From Terriglobia bacterium (GTDB lineage Bacteria > Acidobacteriota > Terriglobia > Versatilivoradales > Versatilivoraceae): DNA of 64,000 nt. The notes under the pieces were generated by a model. The model searched no databases. It saw only the letters and a program-made list of their open reading frames with translations, and had not been told where the DNA came from. Shown here one piece after another: positions 8,491 through 17,842 of the stretch; positions within the stretch are counted from its first letter, which is position 1; every line of letters begins with the position of its first letter. The stretch is taken from contig OY762429.1 of the NCBI GenBank assembly GCA_963665655.1, forward strand, positions 112,492 through 176,491, in the 5' to 3' direction. The position numbers and the translations under genes were made by a program.

Positions 8491-11400
8491 TTGCTTCCGG
8501 TGAGCACGCACATCAGAAGACACTATTGCGCCTTGCTCCTTCTGCTCGCCGCGATCCTGCCGGCAGCCTCTGCCCAGGATTCCCCGGCCGAGGGGAGCGC
8601 CTCGCCGCTTTTCCATGTCTCCTTCGAGAGGAGAGTACTGGCCGACCAGGCTGAGGGAGACGCCGCTCCCCTGGGCAACCGGGGAGTGAGCATTGCCAGG
8701 CGCGGCCGGCAGGGAAGAGCCCTTTTTCTGGATTGGGGAGCCCTGCTCAGCTTTGCCGCAGCCGGCAACGTCTACCCCGAACAGGGAACGCTGTCCTTTT
8801 GGTGGCAACTGGACGAGCCCCCCGGCAAGACTCCCTTTTCCATCATTCGAATCAGCACCCGGCAGCTTCATTCCCCCCAACACCTCTTCGCTCACCTCTT
8901 CTGGACAGGCCGGACCCTGGCATTGCGGCTCTACGACCGGGACTCCCAAGTCCTGGAGACGGATGCCGGAATCGATTCCGGCGTCGTTGCCGGTCGCTGG
9001 ATCTTTTTGGCCTTTACCTGGCATGAGCTGGAAGGACTGCGCTTTTACATGGACGGCCGGGAAGTCGGCAACCGCCTCGGGCAATTTCATTTTGGCAGGT
9101 GGCTGGACCAGATCGGCATTCACACCCAGGCGCTGACCCCCTATTACCGGAAGAGCAACGAGAGACGGGCCTATGTGGACGAATTCCGGATTTTTGCGGA
9201 AGCCTTGAGTCCCCCAGCGATTGCAAACCTGTCCGAGCTCGGCGCCGGTCGTGCCGGCCGGCACCCTTCGGCAAAGAAGGTCGACGAGGAATTGCGTTCC
9301 GGCCACTGGGCCGACCGTTTCGGGTGGAACAATCCGGAGGCCACCCTGGCGCTGGCCGCCCCGATCTCCATTCGCCCGGTAAGAATCGTGTCCGCCCGGG
9401 ACGTCAAGCGGGCCTCGCCGGCAGCCGCGGATGGTTTCTCCGAGAGCTCGTGGCCCCCGGCGATGAAGGGATACCCACAAGAGGGAAGGACCCTGCGGCT
9501 CGAGGTCCCGCGGGAGGCCTTCAACCGCCTTAGCCTGCGGGGCAATCTGAAAGGGAAGATCCATGGAAGCGACGGAAGCCGGCGGCGGTTGCTTTGGGAC
9601 CTTGCTTCGGAAAGGGCGAGTGAGACCGCCAAACCTCTGAACGGACCCTTGTCCATGTCCCGGATCGAAGTGGAAAGAGAGTCCGGGCAGCTTCGAGAAC
9701 TCTCGCTGCTGTCGACCCGGGACGCCCCTGAGAACGGGACCGAAAGCGCCGAAAGCGGATGGCTGACCCTTCGACTGCTGCCCGTGGAACTGGCGGCCAG
9801 CCTTCCGGGCCAATCCGCCCGCCAGGTCAGATCCTTCTTCGGGCGGCGAACCGATCTGCGTACGGCCTATCTTTCCCGGGATCGGGAGGCCTGGGTGGCT
9901 GTCCCCGAAGAAAGCTATCAGGCGCCGTCCGCCCCGCTGCAAACACCCGCCACCCAAGGCTTTCGACACATTTTTCTGCCCCCCTTCCTGAGCCACACGG
10001 TTGTGAAGGCCATCCGTATCCGTCTGGACGGGGCCGGGCAGGACACCTCGGTGGAGTCCAGGGTGCGATGGACGGTCAAGGACCCCATCCTTCCCCAGCG
10101 GGATGTGGTTTCCCTGGATTTCCGATGGTCGGGGGAAGAGTCGGCCGAAATGGAGCTCGATCTCGGCGATTGCTTTCTCCCCGCCGGACAGCCCCTCTGG
10201 ATGACCGTTGCCAGTGACCGAATCGACTTTGCCCGAAAGCATTTCGAGAATGCGGAGATCGAGATGCGCACCGTGACAGAGTGGCGACTGCCCGGCAAGC
10301 AAGCCCAGCCTGCCGACCTGTTTGCCGACCGCACCCTGTTGATCCGCCAGGGCCTGCGCAAGCTGACCCGACGATTGGACTGGATGTCCATGGACCTTGC
10401 CTCGGCCCGCCGGAATTTCAGCAGCGTTGACGAGACCTTCCGGTTGGTGGAAGGGTTGTTGCAATCCCGACCCAGGGATCCAATGGGACTATCCTTCAAG
10501 GGACTGCTCCAGCCCGATTCGATCCCTCCCGAATATCGGGAGAAACCTCCCTCGGCCCCCGCATTCCCCCAATGGGCCGTCCAACAGAAGCGGCTGGTGG
10601 ACCACTTCCGGCACATTGCCCACTGGTGGATAGAAAACCGGCAACTCCAGAGCGGCGCCTTCGGGGGCGGACTTCGGGGCGACACCCGGCTGGCTGCCCA
10701 CTGGCCGGGGATAGCACTCATGGATGGTCCGGCTCCCCGGCTCAAGCAATCCCTGGTCTCCCTGATCGAAGCCCGTTTGCGCGACGGGACTCTGGAAATG
10801 GGTTTGAACCGCCAGGTCCGGCCCGTCCGACAGGCCTATCAGGCCGGCCTGAACCTGGCTCCGATGCTGGCCCTGCTGGATTACGGCAACCCCCGCTGGA
10901 TCGAAACGCTGATGGAGACCTCCCGTCACCTGGATCGCCTCACCGCCGCCAACCCTGCGGGTCACCGCCACTTTCAATCCTCGCGGGTCAGCGCTACGGA
11001 ATCGGTCCGGCAGGGAATCTTCGCCCGGGAAGAGGCCTGGAGCTCTCTCCTGTGGCACTCGGCCCTCACGCTGGCCGATTACAATCGCAACCCAACGCTG
11101 GTGGATCAGTTGAAGGAGTATGCCGCGGCCCGGCTGGAGCACTGGAAGAAGGACCGCTATCCGAAACTGACCCTGGCCATCCATTTTCCTACCGACGAGG
11201 CCCTGAGCCGAGGACTGCCCGGTCGTCCTTTGTTGGACCTGATGTGGGGAGTCTTCCGGGTGACCGGCAACCCGGCATACCTGTGGACCTTGAGCACACT
11301 GGTGAAGGCCGGCCATACGGAGGCCGCCCAGACAAGCTCGGCGCGCTGGCAATCGTTCTTGCCGGAGGCTGCCGAGGTCCGTCCCTTTCTGAAGCTGCTC

Positions 11401-12303
11401 CCCAGGCTGAACCTCTGGAACCGCCATCTGCACTTCAGTGAGGCGGCGCTGCTGGCGCGCCAATATGCCTACGAGGCGACCGGCAGAAAGGACTATCTGC
11501 TCGACTACCAGGCAGCGCTTCTCAAGCACCTGGAACAGAACCGGATTCTCTATACCGAGGCGGAACTGAGCCCGGCCGGCGTCTTTATTCCCCACCGGGC
11601 CACCCAGCGGGCCCGCCTGGGTGGAATCGCCCATGCGGACCAACAGATTTACGCGGGACACGCGCTGAGCTGGGAAAACACTCGCGGGCAGGTGGCCGCT
11701 CTGGTCTCCCAGGCCAGGCCTGATGCTCTGGAAGTCTCCGTCTTCAACCTGGGCGAGGCCTTGCAGGACGTCCGGATGCGGGTGTGGCAGTTGGAAAACG
11801 GCACCTACGAAGTGACTGAAGGGCTGGATCTCAATGACGACGGCCAGGTCGACCTCGGCCTCAACCGCAGGATTCTAAGGCTGAAGCGTCACAGTTCCAT
11901 TCCCTTGACTCTGCGCGGGGGGAAGTCGACCATCATCAAAGTCAAGCAGAAAGAGAAGGGAACTCCGGTCTGGCAGCTTCCCGACCTGGCCCTGGGCTCG
12001 CAGGATTTTCGATACGAGGCTGACGGAGACCGCGGGGAAGTGACGATTCACAACCTGGGCTCGGCCCCTTCGCAACCCTTCAGGCTGCAGATCCGAAATG
12101 CCAGGGGGGACGTGATTCTTGAACGCCGAATCCCCTCGCTGCCGGCTCCCCTGGACCTTCACCCGAAAACCACTGTTGTCCCGCTCAGCGGATTGCGGGC
12201 TGCCGGCAGCAGCCCGAGACTGCACCTGCAGTTGTTGACCGGCCCCGAAGCGGAAGAGATCACCTCGCGGAACAATTCCCTGTGGGTGGATCTGCCCCGC
12301 TGA
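8491..12303 (+). CDS. Large secreted protein (1270 aa) with N-terminal concanavalin/LamG-like domain; possible polysaccharide-active enzyme
   Basis: Signal peptide (LLLLLAAILPAASAQD). LamG-like segment (GRWIFLAFTWHELEGLRFYMDGREVGN). Long helical middle region. Starts 7 nt after the tex stop. Function not assignable from sequence alone. Confidence 0.65.
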   Translation: MLPVSTHIRRHYCALLLLLAAILPAASAQDSPAEGSASPLFHVSFERRVLADQAEGDAAPLGNRGVSIARRGRQGRALFLDWGALLSFAAAGNVYPEQGTLSFWWQLDEPPGKTPFSIIRISTRQLHSPQHLFAHLFWTGRTLALRLYDRDSQVLETDAGIDSGVVAGRWIFLAFTWHELEGLRFYMDGREVGNRLGQFHFGRWLDQIGIHTQALTPYYRKSNERRAYVDEFRIFAEALSPPAIANLSELGAGRAGRHPSAKKVDEELRSGHWADRFGWNNPEATLALAAPISIRPVRIVSARDVKRASPAAADGFSESSWPPAMKGYPQEGRTLRLEVPREAFNRLSLRGNLKGKIHGSDGSRRRLLWDLASERASETAKPLNGPLSMSRIEVERESGQLRELSLLSTRDAPENGTESAESGWLTLRLLPVELAASLPGQSARQVRSFFGRRTDLRTAYLSRDREAWVAVPEESYQAPSAPLQTPATQGFRHIFLPPFLSHTVVKAIRIRLDGAGQDTSVESRVRWTVKDPILPQRDVVSLDFRWSGEESAEMELDLGDCFLPAGQPLWMTVASDRIDFARKHFENAEIEMRTVTEWRLPGKQAQPADLFADRTLLIRQGLRKLTRRLDWMSMDLASARRNFSSVDETFRLVEGLLQSRPRDPMGLSFKGLLQPDSIPPEYREKPPSAPAFPQWAVQQKRLVDHFRHIAHWWIENRQLQSGAFGGGLRGDTRLAAHWPGIALMDGPAPRLKQSLVSLIEARLRDGTLEMGLNRQVRPVRQAYQAGLNLAPMLALLDYGNPRWIETLMETSRHLDRLTAANPAGHRHFQSSRVSATESVRQGIFAREEAWSSLLWHSALTLADYNRNPTLVDQLKEYAAARLEHWKKDRYPKLTLAIHFPTDEALSRGLPGRPLLDLMWGVFRVTGNPAYLWTLSTLVKAGHTEAAQTSSARWQSFLPEAAEVRPFLKLLPRLNLWNRHLHFSEAALLARQYAYEATGRKDYLLDYQAALLKHLEQNRILYTEAELSPAGVFIPHRATQRARLGGIAHADQQIYAGHALSWENTRGQVAALVSQARPDALEVSVFNLGEALQDVRMRVWQLENGTYEVTEGLDLNDDGQVDLGLNRRILRLKRHSSIPLTLRGGKSTIIKVKQKEKGTPVWQLPDLALGSQDFRYEADGDRGEVTIHNLGSAPSQPFRLQIRNARGDVILERRIPSLPAPLDLHPKTTVVPLSGLRAAGSSPRLHLQLLTGPEAEEITSRNNSLWVDLPR

Positions 12304-12371
12304 CATGCCCTCACGCGGGTCGCGCCGCAAACGGTTGGGGAAACCGGAGAGCCGCGTCTCAGACCAGCAAG

Positions 12372-12492
12372 GGTTGATTTGTCGATTTTGGATTGTGGGT
12401 TGGATTTTGGACTTGCGCACGGTCAGTGGTCAGTTGTCGTGACTGGTGTCCTGTAACAGAATCCACAATCTGCAATCAAATTCTGGATTCTT
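12372..12492 (+). repeat. Family D degenerate repeat immediately 5' of MITE A1 (approximate bounds)
   Basis: TTGATTTGTCGATTTTGGATTGTGGGTTGGATTTTGG...GGTCAGTGGTCAG...CCACAATCTGCAATCAAATTCTGGATTC. Similar to 31195-31300 and partly to 22700-22870. Confidence 0.4.
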
Positions 12493-12874
12493 GAGCCTTT
12501 GGCAAAATTCCGCAGACAAGGGTATTGTGGATCGGGAGAGGGGACACGGAGTGATAGGGGCAGGTTGGCTCTGTGCCTGAATGGCCACAAAAGGCACAAA
12601 AGCTGGAATCGCCAAGTCTCAAATCTCATTCAGGAATCAGGATTTCCAGAACGCGGTTCTCCGTCGAAAGGCCACAAAAGGCACAAAAACGGGATTGGGC
12701 AAGACTGGGGCCTGATTTTGTGCCTTTTGTGCTTTTTGTGGTTGAGCCGTTCACCCCATTCACTTGGCAGCGGCAGCCTTCCCAGGAGAAGCCAGGGGAG
12801 AGGTGACTCGCGGGGCAAGTCCGCTCTTCTGTTGTTTTACGGAGATGCTCGATTCCGAATTTTGCAAAAGGCTC
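12493..12874 (+). repeat. Family A MITE-like element (copy A1), ~380 bp, 18-nt terminal inverted repeats GAGCCTTTGGCAAAATTC / GAATTTTGCAAAAGGCTC
   Basis: Carries four GGCCACAAAAGGCACAAAA-type boxes in both orientations. Full copy at 57394-57769 (inverted), internal fragment at 28396-28500. No transposase ORF. Confidence 0.7.
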
Positions 12875-12924
12875 TCTTGACTGATCCGTCAATGTTGTCC
12901 CGACCCAAGAGCTCTGAAAGGCCC

Positions 12925-13344
12925 ATGGAAGCCGGATACCTGATCCTTGACCACCCCGCCGACCTGGGGATCGAAGCTCGCGGCAAGACTCTGGCGGAGG
13001 CATTTGAACAGGGTGCTTACGGACTCGCCTCAGTGATTCTCGACCCGGCTTCCGTCCGGCCGGTGGAATCCATGCCGGTCAGGATCGAGGCGGGAGACCG
13101 CCAGCAACTTCTGGTCAGGTGGTTGACCGAGGTGCTCTACCTCTACGACGGATTGAAATTCGCCCCACGACACTTCAAGATTGAGCGGTCGTCGTCCCGT
13201 TTCCTGGAGGCGCAGGTTCGAGGAGAGCCGTTCGATCCCGGGCGCCATACCGTCCGGCTGGACGTCAAGGCGATCACCTACCACCAGCTCGTGATCCGCA
13301 GGCGCGGGTCGGGCTATTGGTTGCAGGTGTTCCTCGACATCTGA
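12925..13344 (+). CDS. Archease (RtcB cofactor family), 140 aa
   Basis: MEAGYLILDHPADLGIEARGKTLAEAFEQGAYGL...RLDVKAITYHQLVI matches archease-family conserved blocks. The ORF-track N-terminal extension (from 12499) is translated MITE repeat sequence and is rejected. Confidence 0.7.
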   Translation: MEAGYLILDHPADLGIEARGKTLAEAFEQGAYGLASVILDPASVRPVESMPVRIEAGDRQQLLVRWLTEVLYLYDGLKFAPRHFKIERSSSRFLEAQVRGEPFDPGRHTVRLDVKAITYHQLVIRRRGSGYWLQVFLDI

Positions 13345-13435
13345 CAAGGCGAGCTGGACCCTGGCGACAACGATGTTGTTGCAATCGTCCCGCGAGTACC
13401 GGGGTGAAATGGCAGGGCAGGGAAGCCATTGAGGT

Positions 13436-13894
13436 TTGACCGTGCGCATTACCTTTCTGTGCCGGCGCTGCTATCGAGAATGCCATGCTCGGCCGCAGGA
13501 GAAGAGTGCCCCCCCGGTCTGCCGATCCTGCGGCTCCGTGCAGCCCCTGCGGTTCACCCGGGAGCACCTCGAGGGGAACCGCGTCGACCGCTGCGCGGTC
13601 TGCGGCCAGGAGGACTTTTACGTGCGGGAGGAGCCACGGAAGTTGATGGGCCTGGTCTATCTGCTGCTGGGGCTGGGATTGGCTTACTGGACTTACGGGA
13701 TCAGCCTGGTTCCGGGCCTGCTGGGCTTTGACCGGTACTTCCGAAAGTATCCCAAGTTGACCATCTGCTACCATTGCTACGCGAAGTACCGGGACTGCCG
13801 CCCGTCCCCCGAGCACAAGGAATACGATTTGGCATTCGCCGAACGACTGGAAAAGGAAATCCGCAACGATCGGACCCTGCGCGATTTTTCCTGA
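13436..13894 (+). CDS. Cysteine-rich zinc-ribbon membrane protein (hypothetical)
   Basis: Three CxxC pairs (CRRC, CRSC, CAVC) N-terminal of one predicted TM helix (LMGLVYLLLGLGLAYWTYGISLVPGLLGF), then a CYHCY...C cluster. TTG/GTG start. Confidence 0.45.
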   Translation: MTVRITFLCRRCYRECHARPQEKSAPPVCRSCGSVQPLRFTREHLEGNRVDRCAVCGQEDFYVREEPRKLMGLVYLLLGLGLAYWTYGISLVPGLLGFDRYFRKYPKLTICYHCYAKYRDCRPSPEHKEYDLAFAERLEKEIRNDRTLRDFS

Positions 13895-13923
13895 ATGATG
13901 AACCGTTTTCCGGAAGACCGATC

Positions 13924-14145
13924 GTGACCGTCTTGTTGGAGCTCATTCGAATCTGCTGGACCTTCCGCGACCGGCGCTGGTATCGCCGCTATCCCTTTCT
14001 GCCGATCCCGCCCAGCGACTACCTTCGATGGCGAATGGAGACGAACTACGGAGACCAGAGCCTCAGCAACCTGAAATGGAAGGACATCTCGGCCTACGCC
14101 CGCTGGCGCCGGGAACTGCGGTTGCGCGGTCACGACGGGGAATGA
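13924..14145 (+). CDS. Small Arg/Trp-rich hypothetical ORF (74 aa, GTG start)
   Basis: In-frame GTG 30 nt after the preceding stop. Protein VTVLLELIRICWTFRDRRWYRRYPF.... No homology recognised; may be spurious. Confidence 0.25.
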   Translation: MTVLLELIRICWTFRDRRWYRRYPFLPIPPSDYLRWRMETNYGDQSLSNLKWKDISAYARWRRELRLRGHDGE

Positions 14146-14165
14146 TCAAACGTTAAGGGAGAACG

Positions 14166-14345
14166 TTAGTCGATGGGGTCGGGTAGATCGAGACGGTGAT
14201 TCCGAGCCTCCCAGGCCTCGACCAGTGTCACCAGAACATCCAGGCGGTCGCCTTCGGGCGTGTTGCGCTCGGCCGTCATCAGGCCCTCGATTTCCTCGAG
14301 GGTGCGGCGATAGTCCCGTTCGGTCTTGATCGGTACGATTTCCAT
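14166..14345 (-). pseudogene. HigA-like antitoxin N-terminal domain only (59 aa); C-terminal HTH missing, probable remnant
   Basis: MEIVPIKTERDYRRTLEEIEGLMTAERNTPEGDRLDVLVTLVEAWEARNHRLDLPDPID matches the conserved N-terminal block of COG5499/HigA-family antitoxins. Stop follows immediately. No HigB-like partner found. Confidence 0.4.
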
Positions 14346-14626
14346 GACCCGGTCCTCAAATCGTTTGCGCGTCAATGGCTTCGTACATTCGGTGCGTTCC
14401 GATGAATTGCGCCAGTTTTGTTCGTGAAGTTCCCACCGATTCCCTTCTATCTGGCCGCGCCTGCGCTCCATACAAGGGGACGACTCTTGCCGGATGAAGC
14501 GGGGGTGGATCCAAGGAGGGCGGGCCTGCATTGCCTCCAGTCAGGATCGGCGTTATACTGGTTTTTCCACGTGAGCACAGCTCTCATCGCTTGCCGGGTA
14601 TGCGCCCGGCGGCAGGTTGAAGTCCC

Positions 14627-15673
14627 ATGACCGACGACGCCTTGCAAACCTATCATCTCCTCCGGGACAAGCTGCACGACGTCCTGCCCGATTTCGAAAT
14701 CCGGGCCAAGGCCGAATTGGCCTGCCGCATCAACCAGTTGAAGAGCGACCTGGGCGCCGTGATCCTGGGGCACAACTACATGGAGCCCGGGCTGTACCAT
14801 TCAGTGCCCGATTTCACCGGAGACTCCCTGGAGTTGAGCCGCCTGGCCGCCACCGCCGACGGCGATCCCATCGTTTTCTGCGGAGTCCGCTTCATGGCGG
14901 AGACCGCCAAGATCCTGAGCCCGGAGAAGACGGTGCTGATCCCCTCGCTGGAGGCGGGCTGTTCCCTGGCAGCCAGCATCACCGCCGAGGATGTCCGGGA
15001 GCTGCGCGAGCGTTTTCCAGGCGTTCCGGTGGTGACCTACGTCAACACCTACGCCGACATCAAGGCCGAAAGCGACGTCTGCTGCACTTCCAGCAACGCC
15101 CTGGCGGTCATTGAATCGTTCAAGACCGAGACCGTCATCTTTCTTCCCGACGAATACCTGGCCAGAAACGTGGCTCGCGAAAGCGGCAAACACATCATTT
15201 TTCCCACCGACAGGCCCATTCCCAGGGAAAAGCAGGATCCTCACATGGACTACCAGATCCTCGGCTGGCACGGCAAGTGCGAGGTTCACGAGAAGTTCAA
15301 CGTGGAGGATATCGAGAACGTGCGCCGGCAGTTTCCCGACGTGGTGGTGCTGGCTCACCCCGAGTGCAGCCCGGAAGTGGTCGAGGCAGCCGATTTTTCG
15401 GGAAGCACCTCGGCCATGATTCGCTTTGTGGAACAGGCTCGGTCCCCCCGCTATCTCCTGCTGACCGAATGCAGCATGGCAGACAACGTCTCGGCCGAAA
15501 ACCCCGACAAGGAAATGCTCCGCTTGTGCAGTGTTCGCTGCCCCCACATGAATCAGATCACCCTGCAGGATACCCTCGATTCACTCCTCCAGAACCGATA
15601 TGTGGTGGATGTCCCGGAGGAAATCCGTCTGAAAGCCAAGCGGGCGGTGGACCGGATGCTGGAGATCCATTGA
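14627..15673 (+). CDS. nadA: Quinolinate synthase A
   Basis: Full-length NadA signature with conserved cysteines (FCGVRFMAETAKIL, TSSNA, VLAHPEC). Confidence 0.9.
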   Translation: MTDDALQTYHLLRDKLHDVLPDFEIRAKAELACRINQLKSDLGAVILGHNYMEPGLYHSVPDFTGDSLELSRLAATADGDPIVFCGVRFMAETAKILSPEKTVLIPSLEAGCSLAASITAEDVRELRERFPGVPVVTYVNTYADIKAESDVCCTSSNALAVIESFKTETVIFLPDEYLARNVARESGKHIIFPTDRPIPREKQDPHMDYQILGWHGKCEVHEKFNVEDIENVRRQFPDVVVLAHPECSPEVVEAADFSGSTSAMIRFVEQARSPRYLLLTECSMADNVSAENPDKEMLRLCSVRCPHMNQITLQDTLDSLLQNRYVVDVPEEIRLKAKRAVDRMLEIH

Positions 15674-16659
15674 GCTCCCCTCCCGGACTCTCTCCGGGAA
15701 CCCCCATTCTGCTTACCGGCGGCGCCGGGTTCATCGGCTCCCACTTGGCGGCGCGCCTGATCGGGGCCGGCGCCCGGGTCACCGTCCTGGACGACCTCAA
15801 CGACGCCTACTCCACCCATCGCAAGCGAGAGAACCTGCGGCAGGTGTCCGAGCAGGGAAGCTTCGACTTCCTCCAGGTGGACATCGCAAACACGGACGAG
15901 CTGCAATCGGCCCTGTCCGGAAAATCCTACGAGATCCTCATCCACCTGGCGGCGAGAACGGGCGTTCGGTCTTCCCTGGACTGCCCCCTGTTGTACGAAC
16001 GGGTCAACCTTCAGGGCACCTTGGGCCTGCTGGAACTGGCTCGCCGGGGAATGTGCCGGAAGTTCATCTTCGGGTCTTCCAGCTCGGTCTACGGCAGGAC
16101 CAGCCAAGTGCCCTTTTCGGAAGAGGAGAACCGACTCCAACCCCTGTCGCCCTATGGGGTCACCAAGCTGGCCGGCGAGAAGCTCTGCTGCTGCTTCGCC
16201 CACCTCTACGGGCTGGAGGTCACGTGTCTTCGCTTTTTTTCGGTTTACGGCCCCCGGCAGCGTCCCGACCTGGTGATTCACAAGTTCGCACGGGCCATCG
16301 AGGAGAGCCGCCCCCTCGCACTCTTTGGAGACGGCAGCTCGCGGCGTGACTACACCTATGTCGACGACATCGTGGACGGAATCGCGGCCGCCCTGCCACT
16401 GAACTTCCGCTTCGAGGTATTCAATCTCGGCAGCGGCAACCCGACCCCCCTGAAAAGGATGGTTCAACTTCTGGAGAGCGTACTGGGCAAGCCGGCTCTT
16501 CTCCGCATGCAGGAGCCTCAACCCGCCGACATGCCCTTCACCCACGCCGACCTGGGCAAGGCGTCCAGGGTGCTGGGCTACGCTCCCAAGGTCCCCCTTG
16601 AAGAGGGTCTGGTCCGCTTCGCGGACTGGTTTCGGCACACGCCCCAACCAGTGAGCTGA
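15670..16659 (+). CDS. NAD-dependent epimerase/dehydratase (UDP-sugar 4-epimerase-like)
   Basis: TTG start overlapping the nadA stop (TTGA). GGAGFIGSHL Rossmann motif, YGVTK catalytic YxxxK. The ORF-track N-terminal extension overlapping nadA is rejected. Confidence 0.8.
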   Translation: MSSPPGLSPGTPILLTGGAGFIGSHLAARLIGAGARVTVLDDLNDAYSTHRKRENLRQVSEQGSFDFLQVDIANTDELQSALSGKSYEILIHLAARTGVRSSLDCPLLYERVNLQGTLGLLELARRGMCRKFIFGSSSSVYGRTSQVPFSEEENRLQPLSPYGVTKLAGEKLCCCFAHLYGLEVTCLRFFSVYGPRQRPDLVIHKFARAIEESRPLALFGDGSSRRDYTYVDDIVDGIAAALPLNFRFEVFNLGSGNPTPLKRMVQLLESVLGKPALLRMQEPQPADMPFTHADLGKASRVLGYAPKVPLEEGLVRFADWFRHTPQPVS

Positions 16660-16809
16660 CGCGATTTTCTCAGAAACGACTCCGACCCCCGCCCTTCCGC
16701 GCGGATCATCCGAGAGTAGAACGTCGAAAAAGCCTGCTACGTTGCGTTCGCCTTTATCATTCATCCCGTTGACTTTCTCAGGCGTGTGGAGACGAATCGA
16801 CAACTTCCG

Positions 16810-17238
16810 TCAATTCTCTGTAGCCTCCCAGGGATCAACAACGTCGACTCCAGTGCCGCTGAAATGCCGCACGTTGCGCGTGACCAGAACCGCACCACGG
16901 GAGCGGCATATGGCCGCGATCTGGCATTCAGCCTCACCGATCGGCCGACCCGATTGGCGGCGCTCGGCCGCGATCTCCGCGTAGGCTCGGGCTGCGGTGC
17001 TGTCGAACGGGAGAATCCGCTCTCTGAAACCCTGGTCGAGCCAACGGGTCATGGCGGCCTCCAGCGCGTTTCGTCGCTTGCCTGCTGGCATGATTGCGAC
17101 ACCGTAGCGCAATTCCGCTTCGCTCACTGCCGTGAGGTACATGTCCTGTGCGTCGCGTTCGGCAATCCAGGCCGCCACGGCCGGCGTCGGCTCCGGACGC
17201 ATGAGTTCGGACGCCACATTCGTGTCTATGACTAACAT
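16810..17238 (-). CDS. vapC: PIN-domain toxin VapC (FitB-like)
   Basis: MLVIDTNVASELMRP...FDSTAARAYAEI...TRNVRHF matches PIN/VapC signatures. Lower GC than flanks. Confidence 0.85.
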   Translation of the reverse strand: MLVIDTNVASELMRPEPTPAVAAWIAERDAQDMYLTAVSEAELRYGVAIMPAGKRRNALEAAMTRWLDQGFRERILPFDSTAARAYAEIAAERRQSGRPIGEAECQIAAICRSRGAVLVTRNVRHFSGTGVDVVDPWEATEN

Positions 17239-17247
17239 GCCAGCCGC

Positions 17248-17493
17248 TCAGGAGAAATCCGGAGGCTCGCGCATCGGACCACGCGGGGGAAGTTCGAGTT
17301 CAACGCCGCCAAGGGGCGCAAAGCACTCGCGGGTGAACTTCGCCAAATTCCGGGGACCGGTTTGCCCTCCATTCACGGCGTCGCGCAGGATGATTCGCAC
17401 CTCTTCCTCCATCGAACGGTGATGCTCGGCGGCGCGCACGCGAAGCCCCGTCTTCACGTCGTCGTCGAGATTTCGGATCGTGATGCTTGCCAT
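17248..17493 (-). CDS. vapB: Antitoxin VapB (FitA / plasmid-stability-protein-like)
   Basis: MASITIRNLDDDVKTGLRVRAAEHHRSMEEEVRIILRDAV is typical of FitA/StbC antitoxins. GGGAGG SD upstream. 10-nt gap to vapC. Confidence 0.75.
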   Translation of the reverse strand: MASITIRNLDDDVKTGLRVRAAEHHRSMEEEVRIILRDAVNGGQTGPRNLAKFTRECFAPLGGVELELPPRGPMREPPDFS

Positions 17494-17749
17494 TGTCGCA
17501 CCTCCCTGTTTGGAACAAGCCTATACGACGATTGCGTTGCAATCAAGGCCGTCTCCACTGCATCCATGCCGGAACATCGCAACGCACAGGAGCATTCGGT
17601 CCAGGTCCATCAACCAGGAATCCTGTATATCCTGTTCATCCATGTTCATTATGCAGTTGAATCAGGGGTGGACCATTCGAGGGTGAAACCGGGGACATTG
17701 ATGGCGTATCGGGAGCAGGGAAACGTTCCGGTTCCCCTCACCGTCTTTC

Positions 17750-17785
17750 TTCGTGTGTCTTCGTGGTCCTTCGTGCCCCTTCGTG
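17750..17785 (+). promoter_or_regulatory. Four phased direct repeats TTCGTG-N4 (exact 10-bp period), candidate operator
   Basis: TTCGTGtgtcTTCGTGgtccTTCGTGccccTTCGTG seen at 17750, 17760, 17770, 17780. Lies ~260 nt upstream of vapB on the minus strand. Confidence 0.4.
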
Positions 17786-17842
17786 GGTAGCTCTTCCTAC
17801 CCCGTCGCATGCGGCACGAAACCGGTTGGTTTCAGTCACGGG

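Noticed and set aside
12499-12924. Long N-terminal extension of archease in the ORF track (MAKFRRQGYCGSGEG…)
   Set aside because: This part is translated directly from the family-A MITE (histidine/lysine-rich HKRHK repeats mirror the GGCCACAAAAGGCACAAAA boxes). Conserved archease sequence starts at ATG 12925.
15277-15669. N-terminal 130-aa extension of the epimerase ORF overlapping nadA
   Set aside because: It is an alternative-frame read-through of the nadA coding region, Gly/Arg/Pro-rich with no homology. A TTG at 15670 coupled to the nadA stop gives a canonical Rossmann N-terminus.
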